DNA of 64,000 nucleotides from Tetramitus jugosus (taxonomy: Eukaryota > Protista > Heterolobosea), in assembly GCA_937625935.1 (NCBI GenBank), contig OW569367.1, forward strand, positions 372,001 to 436,000. Reading direction: 5' to 3'. Of the stretch, positions 54,752 through 64,000 are shown one piece after another. Below the pieces are notes generated by a model. It saw nothing but the letters and a program-made list of their open reading frames with translations. It searched no databases and was not told the DNA's origin. The translations under genes were made by a program, and so were the position numbers. Each line of letters opens with the position of its first letter. Position 1 is the first letter of the stretch.

Positions 54752-57700
54752 TTACAATTGAGAGTATCTGTCTTGACCGACAGGCTTGTCGCGGCCAGTG
54801 ATGCGAAGGAACAACAATGAAGCAATTCTGATGACATATCCGAATGGAATAGACAATATGCCCAATCCAAAGCAGATCAACCATTGTTGCCAGTTGAGCT
54901 TGTGAGTTTGAGTGAATCGACCACCAAAAGTGACAATCAATATCTGAGCACCAATAGTCACAGCGAAAATGAGCATGAACATAAAGCTCTTGTGCAATCC
55001 GGCAAAGATGTTCAACTCAAAGTTGATCTTTCTGCAGTTAAACTCGTTGAATGCTTGGCAGAGAACGAATGCATTGAAAACAATGGTTCTGTTGATTTCA
55101 GAATTTGCGGCCAACTTGAAGGAACCAAACTCAATCTTCTCTCCAAGGTAAAAGATGCCCAACAACACAACCAATTGATAAATTGCCTGACCAATGATCG
55201 AAACCCACATCTTCTTTGTAATCAAGCTCTCAGTTCTTCCGTATGGTCTTCTGTTGAGCAAATCTGGGATAGGTGGTTCAGTGGCAAGAGCAAGAGCAGC
55301 AAAGGTATCCATGATCAAATTGACCCACAACAATTGAACAGCAGTCAATGGAGTAGCCAAAGTGGTTTCTCCTCCAGATTGTGGAATGATGAATGAGGTC
55401 AAAGCAGTGATAATAGTCACAACAAGGGCAACAATGTTGACCGTCAATTGGAACTGCAAGAACTTTCGAATGTTTTCAAAGATGCTTCTGCCCCACAAAA
55501 CTGCCTTCACAATGGATGAGAAGTTATCATCGAGAATGATAATATCAGATGCTTCCTTTGCGATTTGAGTACCAGAAATACCCATACTCAAACCAACATC
55601 AGCCTCCTTCAAAGCAGGTCCATCATTTGTACCATCACCAGTAACAGCAACAACTTCACCCTTTTCCTTCAATCTCTTCACGAGCTTGAACTTGTCGGTT
55701 GGAGAAGAACGGGCCAAAACTTGCAATCTTGGCAAAATCTCATCCAATTCCTCATCTTCCAACTTTCTAAAGTCTGGACCTTCCATGGCAATACCATTGT
55801 CATCCAAGATACCACACTCACGGGCAATGTGTTGAGCAGTCAAAATATTGTCACCAGTGACCATTCTGACGAAGATACCAGACTTCTTACATTGAGTAAC
55901 AGCATCAACAACCTCCTTACGCAATGGATCCTTGATACCAACAATACCAACCAAAGTCAAATCCTTTTCCATCAATTCTCTGTCGTGCCAGTCACCTTCA
56001 GTGCTTCTGTCCAAAGGTCTGTATGCAATACCAAGAGTTCTCAAACCAGTCTTTGCCAAAGTTTCAATAATTCCAATAAAGTGCTTTTGTTTCTCATCAG
56101 TCATTTGAGAAGTGCTTCCATCAGAGTTCAAGTATCTAGTACAGATGCCAACAATAATTTCGGATGCTCCCTTGACGTGCAAGTGGGCCTCACCTTGCTC
56201 AGTCTCAACAACAATACCCATTCTCTTCATCTTGGATGAGAAGGTGTACACTGCTTGAATTCTCTTGTTCAATTCATATGAATCTCTGACTTGCTTATAA
56301 TCGATACCCATATCTCTCAACATGATCAACATGGCACCTTCAGTCTTGCTTCCCTGAACTTCAAATTCCTTCTTGCTGTCTCCCTTTGGTTCAGCGAGAT
56401 TGGCCTTTGAATTGACAGAGATGCCATCAACCAACAAGTTCAACACAGTGGAGTGGAGAGTGGAGGAGGAAGGTGCTTCATCAAAGAACTCAGCGTTACC
56501 AATGTAAGACTTGGTCACTCTCATCTCATTCAAAGTCAAAGTACCAGTCTTGTCGGAACAAATGTTCGTAGCACCACCCATAGTCTCACAAGCAGCCAAA
56601 TGTCTCACCAAATTGTTGTCCTTCATCATCTTCTTGACAGAGTAGGCAAGAGAGATTGTGACAGCGAGTGGAAGACCTTCAGGAACAGCAACCACAACAA
56701 TAGTGACAGCAATCACAGCATAACGAACAACAGTGGAGATATCGGACCAGGCAAAGTTGTGAGACTTGTCTCCCTTCTTGATGAAGACAATCTTTTGAAT
56801 CAACCATCCAACAGTCAACACCAAAAAGGTGGCAACAGCAAAACCGACACCAGCCTTACCAATGAGAGCAGCCAATCCGTCCAACTTTTCTTCCAATGGT
56901 GTCTGTTCATCATCGTCGTCAGAGGTCAATTTAGCCAAAGTCTTACCCCATTCAGAGTTCAATCCAACCGCAGTGATCAACATCTTTCCACAACCTTCAG
57001 CAATTTGGCAACCAGAGAGCAAAAATGGAGAATCACGATTCTTCTTGATGGCATCAGGCTCACCAGTCATCACAGACTCATCAGCCTTCAAATCATAACC
57101 TTCAATCAACAAACCGTCAGCAGGGATTTGATCACCAGTGTCCAACTCTACGACATCACCCACCATAATCTCATCGATAATTACATTGCAATTCTTGCCT
57201 CCACGAATAACCTTGATTGGAATCTTGTTGCTCTGCTTGGACAATTCTCTAAACTTTAGCTCTTTTTGATAATCGTTGGTTGCAGTAACAGTACTGACAA
57301 TCAACACGGCAGAAATGATGGCAACACCTTCAATCCATCCATACTTTCTCTCATCAGGGTGCTCTGGGAAAGCAAGACCCAACACAATAGAAACAACAGC
57401 CAAAACCATTAGAATAATAAGCATTGTATCACCCAATGCTTCAATAAATAGCTTGATCAAGCTCTTCATTGGCTTGGTAGGATACACATTTTCGTCATAT
57501 CTATATGAGAGGTGATGATGATGATGAGATGATGAAACACGTATGGATCATCAAAAGCAGACAAACGAACAAAAGGAAGTAGACAAGTTCCAGTGTGTGA
57601 GCGCCAACAGTCCAAAAAACAAGTCGTCGGAAAAAAATTGTTGTAACACAAGAAAGAAGGCGGCAGTTACATACTCTCTCTTTCTGTCGACAAAGCCTTC

Positions 57701-57850
57701 GCGTGCTTCTTCTTCACTTAAACCTTGAATCATGTCAGAGTCAAGAGCCTGTACAATACCTTCAATTCCACCAAATTCAGCCAGGTCATTGACATCACGG
57801 GTTTCATTCAGGTCGGAAAGTTCCTTTTTGGAGATGGTGAAGTGAACCAT
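54752..57850 (-). CDS. P-type IIB Ca2+-ATPase (PMCA/Pmc1-like); intron 57501-57674
   Basis: VAVPEGLPLAV, DKTGTLT, KGASE, MVTGDN, GDGTNDGPALK, LLWVNLIMDT. A GTATGT..TAG intron joins the 57850 exon in frame (RE|YDENVYP). Confidence 0.95.
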
Positions 57851-58785
57851 GGTTTAAAACAAGAGCAGCAGTAATGATGATTGTTGCCTTGGAGGACCTC
57901 CTTGTTATTTATGCTAGTGTTATGGTTTACTTTTGTTTTTTTTTCTCAAAAGTGGTTTCGCCTTTTTACGCAGAAATTCGGTTTGCACGAGGAGCGGGTG
58001 TGTGATGAAATTTTGTGCGAGGGGAGTTTTAGAGCACTTGAGAGACGGTTGTCCTCGGACAAATGCCAGAGGGGGTCAAAGGGAGAGAACTCAAGGGTCA
58101 ATAATAGGGTCATTGTCAAGAAAAGAGAGCGAAATTTGACATTTTATGAGTGTAAATTGTAAAGTACATCGTTCCAAAAGTTGGTCCTCGCACAAATATC
58201 TTGGAAAGCCCATCTACGATTCATCCTTTCACCTCTGTTGGACAGAGGCGTCTCTGAACTTTGGAACTTCAATTCGTTGCTTGGAGTTTATTTGAATACA
58301 TCACAGAACTCATGTCGCATCCAAATGTAGGTGGTACTGTACCTTTCAGTTGCGTGATGAAACAGTTCTAACTCTGCCATCTCACCAACTTCTTGTTGTG
58401 AGAGTCGATCTTCATGCTGAATAGGTAGGGAGAGGAGTTGTTTCGTCAAAGGAAATCTCTTTGTGGGTACCTTCGTTTGAAACCATTGCCCTTGACAACC
58501 ACCAAATACAGGGCTTTTCTCTGTGTCATTAGATGGTGGTGTGAGACAGATCGGTCTCCTCATCCTTCTACTTCGTGCAGCACCGTACACTCGGGCGCGA
58601 ACACGTAAGAAGTTGTAGCACGTTGGTGCATGCCCCTTCGAAACAAAAGATCGTCCTCGCACAAATATCTTGCGGAAAGCTCCATTTGGACGATCTACGA
58701 ATAGAACCTCACCGGTTTCTCCTTTTCAATTTGCCGCTATTTTCGTTCGTCGAACTCAGTTTCTCCTCCACAAAAAAAAGCACAA

Positions 58786-59729
58786 ATGTCATCTACAGCG
58801 ATCAAGCAACGAATACGGAAATGTGTCTTTGAGCTCAATCAGCTCTTTTCACAACTGTTGAACGAAATTGTGCTCAGTACAAAGACACTCACAGACACAA
58901 ACCCACTATCCAAAGAACACATTCCACAGTCGGCTCACCTTCAACTCCAACTCAATGCACAACGAGACTCAATCATGAAGCTCACGAATGATCTCATACG
59001 AAAAGATCGAGAGCTACAGTTACTATTGGACGAATGTAAGATCTTCACCACTTGACAATATTTTTTTCACCACGAAAAAAAAACAACCCAATGCACTCAC
59101 ACTCATTCTTTCCACAGTGATCGAACACCAAAAATTTCAACAAAAAATCAACGAGTTGCAACAATTGGTCGACCAAAAAAACAATCAACTCAATCACTTG
59201 TCCAACACGCTTCAAAAAGTTCATGGCAAGTTGTTGGAGACGATTCATGAGACGAAACCAGTGCTTGAATCCTGTACAGTCAAAACAAAGAGACTCAATC
59301 TCAATGATCTATTGTCCTATGCGTATTCGATACGTGGAACAACAAGTGGTCCACCAAGTGATGAAAAGGGATTGGAGACTGTGTATTTTGAATCATTTCC
59401 CGTTCAACAACAAATTAGTCAATCGTTGTTATATCCTAGTATGTTTGTTGATTTTTCTTAGTGTGAATCATATTTCGATGAAATGTATATGTATATATAT
59501 ATTAACCACATTGATAAACTGAATAGAGAATTTGAAGGCACTCAGACAACGGAAGGAACAAGAGAAGCAAACGGAACAAGCATTGGCAGAGTTTGCAGAA
59601 CATCGACCATTGATTGCATTCAATCGTGCTACACTATCATCACCTAGAGCTGCTACGATGCAATCACCTCGGAGTAAGCCTGTTATTCGACTATTTGGTG
59701 ACTCTGATGAGGAAGATGAGGATGAATGA
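58786..59729 (+). CDS. MED4: Mediator subunit MED4-like; introns 59036-59117 and 59439-59526
   Basis: LIRKDRELQLLL..EHQKFQQKI coiled coil, DLLSYAYSI..TTSGPP..FP, acidic tail; canonical introns restore the frame. Confidence 0.75.
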
Positions 59730-60311
59730 AGAAGATTAGCTTTAATGTTTGAATCTTTTTTCTTTATCAAAATTAGACGACATGTATTTGTTAAAAGAGT
59801 AAGGATAGTAAGAATGATGATGACGATGATGACAATATGGCGAAGGTGTGACACCACATCAAAGAATGATGCTATCATGTATGGAAAAATCGTGGTTGCC
59901 ATATGAATAATCGAGTGGATAAATACAACGACCGAGACACTTCACTACTCGGCAACGACACAAAACAATAATTATACGAACAATCATAATCATAATAATA
60001 ATGAATAAAAACAGATCATTAGTCTATTCGTTATGGTTCCATATAGGGTTGAGTGCCAGGCTACATTTGTGTGCAATTCTCCACATACACACACAGGTGT
60101 AAACACTCTCTCACACATAGGATTTTGATATCGTACACAACACACACACAACAGATCTACTTCAACTCAAAACCAGTTCTTCCTCTTCTTCGCATCATGT
60201 TTCAATAGACTTTTGAAAAATCAATTGTGTCGTCTTTTCTGGTTCTCGCACTTTTTCTCTCTTGATTCTGATCGTTTCTTTGTTTCAAGCAGATTTTTTT
60301 CTCTCAAGAGT

Positions 60312-60728
60312 TTATAAATTATCTACATCACCGTACACTGCAATAGCATACATTCCTTTGGCCTGATTTGGTTTCATTCCTTGCCATCTAGCCACCCAAC
60401 TCTTATCAGGATCAGTCATTGCAATCAATCCTTCAAAAGTTGTGCTTGTGCATTCTTCGACTCTTCCCTTCTTGCCTTGCATGTTCAATTCTGGACAATT
60501 TTCACATCCACTCTCAACAAATTGATCCATTGATTTAACGAGTGCACACTTCAGACAAGCTCTCAACTATTGTTGTTATTATCATTATTATTGGTATTTG
60601 TTGTTGTTATTGTTGTGATTTCAAGTAAAAGAAGTGTGAGTGTTTCTGTGGTGTTTTGATGAAAACATGTACACGAGTATACTTACGTTTCTAAGTGATC
60701 TTGGTACGGCTGGTGTTTCATCTGACAT
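60312..60728 (-). CDS. SPT4: Transcription elongation factor SPT4; intron 60567-60686
   Basis: Exon 1 MSDETPAVPRSLRN, then LRACLKCALVKS..GCENC..CTSTTFEGLIA..SWVARWQ..GMYAI. Confidence 0.95.
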
Positions 60729-60871
60729 GGTTCGCTAAAAAGTTGTTGTTGATTTTGTTTTTTGATTTTGTTTCAATCAGAAAAGAAGAATTTTGTTTTT
60801 CGAATCGGTGTTTTTATTTTTTCGATCATTTTATTCGAGGAGTTTTTTCACGGACAACAAAATCTAAGAAA

Positions 60872-62314
60872 ATGAGGCAACTAATGAGAAGAACAGCTTC
60901 AGCAAAAACAATCACATCATCGACACTATCACGTACTTTGATTCATCCACACAACCACCATTTCCCTTCTTTTGCTCCGTCAATTTCTCCCCTCCGCCCA
61001 CATTTACTCCGCTCATTTGTGAAACTTTACAATGTACAACACCAAAACGAACACTGTGCGTTATCGCGATTCCACAAAAATTCAATCAAAACAACATCAT
61101 TAACATCATCAATATCAACAACATTAACAAACACAATCATGACCATCACCACACACATTCAACCATACAGAGTCATCTCCTCACTCTCAGAGCTATCCTC
61201 TGAAGAACGTGAAAAATCAAAGCTTATTGGTACTCATAGTGGAAGCTTCCACTGTGATGAAGCATTGGCTTGTAGCTTATTGTCACTTTTGCCTGATGAA
61301 TTCTCTCCCAAATCCACAATTCTTGTGAGATCCAGAGACGCACCCACTCTCTCTCAATGCCACATTCTCGTAGATGTCGGCGGAGAATTTAATCCAGAGA
61401 CGTTGAGATTTGATCATCATCAAAAGGCGTTTGACGATTTGGAACCGACTGAAAAAACATTGACTTCAAAGGCTGATGACAGTAAGGTGTACAAGACAAA
61501 GCTCAGCAGTGCAGGACTCATTTACAAGTACTATGGCAAGAGAATTTTGGATCGATTGATGAATGAGACACAACAAGGTGAAGAAAAGAGTCAAGTATTG
61601 TTCTCCAGAGATGAAATTATTGGGTCCATGACGAGAGAGGCCTATGATCAATTGTTGGAAGACTTGTATCATCGAGTGTACAAGAATTTTATGGAGCACA
61701 TTGATGCGATTGATAACGGTATTGACGTGAGTGATGGTGAGATCAAGTATCGCATTTCTACTTCATTGTCTAGTCGTGTAGGTCGATTGAACAGCAATTG
61801 GAACAGTTCAAAGGAAAAACAGACATCTGCACATGAGAATGCACAGTTCCAGAAGGCAATGATCATGACTGGTGAGGACTTTTTGGATGTTGTCAACGGG
61901 TATTTGGATCAGTGGCTACCAGGACGATCCATTGTCATGAAAACAGTTCAAGATCGTTTCAATGTGGATCCAAGTGGCAAGATTATTCGATTTGATCAAT
62001 TCTGTCCATGGAAGGATCACTTGTTTGTGATTGAGAAGGAGTTGGGTATTGTAGGACAGATTGAATTGGCATTGTTTGCTGACAATAGTGGTGCATGGAG
62101 AATTCAATCTGTGCCAATCGAAGGCAGAGACTTTGACAACAGACGTCCATTGCCAAAGGAATGGAGAGGATTGAGAGATGCTGAATTGTCAGAGAAGTCT
62201 GGCATCAATGACTGTATTTTCGTTCACATGGGTGGTTTCATTGGTGGAAACAAGACCTATGAAGGAGCATTGCAAATGGCACGTGAGACACTGAGGCTCA
62301 CATCATCAGAATAA
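60872..62314 (+). CDS. MYG1: MYG1 family exonuclease
   Basis: IGTHSGSFHCDEALAC, VDVGG, FDHHQ, KLSSAGLIYKYYG, DAIDNG, WRGLRD, FVHMGGFIGG. Confidence 0.95.
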   Translation: MRQLMRRTASAKTITSSTLSRTLIHPHNHHFPSFAPSISPLRPHLLRSFVKLYNVQHQNEHCALSRFHKNSIKTTSLTSSISTTLTNTIMTITTHIQPYRVISSLSELSSEEREKSKLIGTHSGSFHCDEALACSLLSLLPDEFSPKSTILVRSRDAPTLSQCHILVDVGGEFNPETLRFDHHQKAFDDLEPTEKTLTSKADDSKVYKTKLSSAGLIYKYYGKRILDRLMNETQQGEEKSQVLFSRDEIIGSMTREAYDQLLEDLYHRVYKNFMEHIDAIDNGIDVSDGEIKYRISTSLSSRVGRLNSNWNSSKEKQTSAHENAQFQKAMIMTGEDFLDVVNGYLDQWLPGRSIVMKTVQDRFNVDPSGKIIRFDQFCPWKDHLFVIEKELGIVGQIELALFADNSGAWRIQSVPIEGRDFDNRRPLPKEWRGLRDAELSEKSGINDCIFVHMGGFIGGNKTYEGALQMARETLRLTSSE

Positions 62315-62401
62315 ACTGTTCAGTCACTGAAAATTCAATTTTATTCAACGTGTCTTGAAGCAACAATAAGACAATAAATAACTCGAAACTGGATTCATTC
62401 C

Positions 62402-64000
62402 TCAGAGTCCATTCTTCCTGTCCAATGCTTGTTGTGCTGCGTTTGCTTCCACGCGTGATGTGCTGGAGCTCAGGTGAGCCACTTCCATGAATCGACGATT
62501 GATGACCATGTATTCCTTTATGCCCAACCAGCCAAACAATTCTTCATCCGAAAATTTATCATGCATCACCTTCCAATTGCGCACACAAACATCTACACAT
62601 ACATCCTCCAGATCTCTGAACACTCCTGGATACAAATTCAAAAAGCTGTGCATGAATGGCAAGACGTTGTCTTCATTCAATCCATCGGATATTATCTCCT
62701 GGCATTGAATAGACACGGGATCATTGATGGGCATGCAATAAAAGTTCCATATGTTGAGCAATGCGACAGCATTGGAGCTGTCAATGTCAATCTCTGATGT
62801 GTACAAGTATCGAATGAATTGTCGCTTGACTTGTATCTGCAATTGTTCTTCTTCTGGCGATCGATTACTGGAATCTCCATCCAAAATTGGATCGTACAGT
62901 GGAACGGATCGTGTTTTTTGATCCATCATTCCAATGGAGAACTTTCGCTTAAAGTATTCACAACGAGAGGCGAGAACGACGCGATTTGCTCGAATGGCCT
63001 CCTTACCTTCTCGATCTAATATAAGTTCCACGTCTCCACCATAATTCCGTTGATTATTATCGTAGAATCGTCTCATATCGCTCTCAAGGGAGCCAGCGGG
63101 ACAATTGGACGCATTTGTCACAGTAGACTCCAAATTGAATACAGCGTACTTTGGTGCTTGCAAAATATTCCACAGGTGACGTTGACCGGACAGTTGCAAC
63201 CTTTCAGCACCAGGCAGATGAGTAAATGTGTCACTGAGCACCGATTTGTGCAATAATTGATAGATGAAGGTCTGAATGAGATTCAAGATATCATGCGAAT
63301 CGATAGTTGATCCAGAGTTGTGATTGGTACTCGTATAATTTTTAGACAATCGTTCGAGCAGTATGATTGCGTTGTCTGAGCTCAGATTCTGAACAAGTTG
63401 TGACACGAGTAGGAACAAGAGTCGGTTGTGTGTCAATTGTAAGTGTTCTGGCTGTGGGTCATTCTGCTGAATAAACTGAATAATCTCCAATAGAATAAAC
63501 GCATTTTTCGTCGCTTCAGAGAACGATACCATCTCGGATCCCTCATTGTCTGATGGTGATCCCTGATAGTTTCTGTGCTGTATTATTGGTAAATCATCAC
63601 TCAGGCAATAGTATAAAAGAATTCGAATGGCTTCATCAGAGAGGTTGACTTCTCTTCGAGGGCCCTTTCCCAAGCAGGGGCACCGTATCTCCACAAATTC
63701 GCCACAGATTGGAAAACTGGAACTCTCTTTGCCAATAATTTCACTATCAAACATTAACTTTTCCATCTCTGGCATATTTTTGACCGATTTTCTCAAGAGT
63801 TCATTCTTTGACTTGAGTGCTTCTGTTACGATAATCGTGTGTACTGTACCACACTTTACATCAACGATTCGCTTGTGTTTCAGTGCAGGATGTCTCACTC
63901 TCTGCAATGTGTGAACCTTTGCATTCTCGTGGCCCAATGCCAACTGTCCAGCAGTGTTGTATCCACACAACCACAGTTCATTCATGTCTGTAATGAATGC
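62402..64000 (-). CDS. RCC1-repeat + BTB domain protein (5' end probably outside the window)
   Basis: LWLCGYNTAGQLALG..VKCGTVHT (RCC1); GDVELI..ANRVVLASRCEYF..FIRYLYT (BTB). Confidence 0.85.
   Translation of the reverse strand, partial: AFITDMNELWLCGYNTAGQLALGHENAKVHTLQRVRHPALKHKRIVDVKCGTVHTIIVTEALKSKNELLRKSVKNMPEMEKLMFDSEIIGKESSSFPICGEFVEIRCPCLGKGPRREVNLSDEAIRILLYYCLSDDLPIIQHRNYQGSPSDNEGSEMVSFSEATKNAFILLEIIQFIQQNDPQPEHLQLTHNRLLFLLVSQLVQNLSSDNAIILLERLSKNYTSTNHNSGSTIDSHDILNLIQTFIYQLLHKSVLSDTFTHLPGAERLQLSGQRHLWNILQAPKYAVFNLESTVTNASNCPAGSLESDMRRFYDNNQRNYGGDVELILDREGKEAIRANRVVLASRCEYFKRKFSIGMMDQKTRSVPLYDPILDGDSSNRSPEEEQLQIQVKRQFIRYLYTSEIDIDSSNAVALLNIWNFYCMPINDPVSIQCQEIISDGLNEDNVLPFMHSFLNLYPGVFRDLEDVCVDVCVRNWKVMHDKFSDEELFGWLGIKEYMVINRRFMEVAHLSSSTSRVEANAAQQALDRKNGL

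Noticed and set aside
54884-57259. Long plus-strand ORFs (170, 224, 268 aa) opposite the Ca-ATPase
   Set aside because: Antisense shadows of a strongly codon-biased gene; no protein-like motifs.
59730-60310. Intergenic region with CA-rich tracts and a hydrophobic 144-aa antisense ORF
   Set aside because: No recognisable ncRNA or protein; probably 3' UTRs of MED4 and SPT4.

Overview
Gene-dense eukaryotic genomic DNA with few, short GT-AG introns (GTATGT/GTAAGT donors) and Asn/Thr/Gln homopolymer tracts. The 7TM-RGS, RGS-START, EGF-GPS and F-box genes suggest a heterolobosean (Naegleria-like) amoeba; this is inference. Most of the window is housekeeping or lineage-expanded genes: CDK-like kinase, HSL-family lipase, DDX42, Nop15/NIFK-like, SNAP190, CCCH protein, Scc2/NIPBL, ENT, RlmN, copine, PMCA, MED4, SPT4, MYG1 and RCC1-BTB. 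The standout feature is an island at about 44.9-51.0 kb. Three intact tRNA genes (Leu-CAA, Ser-AGA, Thr-AGT) are interleaved with at least five pieces of non-LTR retrotransposon. ORF1 copies (two RRM-like domains plus coiled coil) start only 33 and 54 bp upstream of tRNA 5' ends, in head-to-head orientation, and decayed reverse-transcriptase motifs 0-7 can be read by hand across frameshifts. This looks like a tRNA-gene-targeted LINE family, convergent with Dictyostelium TRE5. Secondary observations: an RlaP-like and a Pol-beta/RNA-ligase-like nucleotidyltransferase on either side of the island, a toxin-RNase-like small ORF, a Tc1/IS630 relic and local tandem duplications. All protein calls are manual motif recognition; no searches were run.
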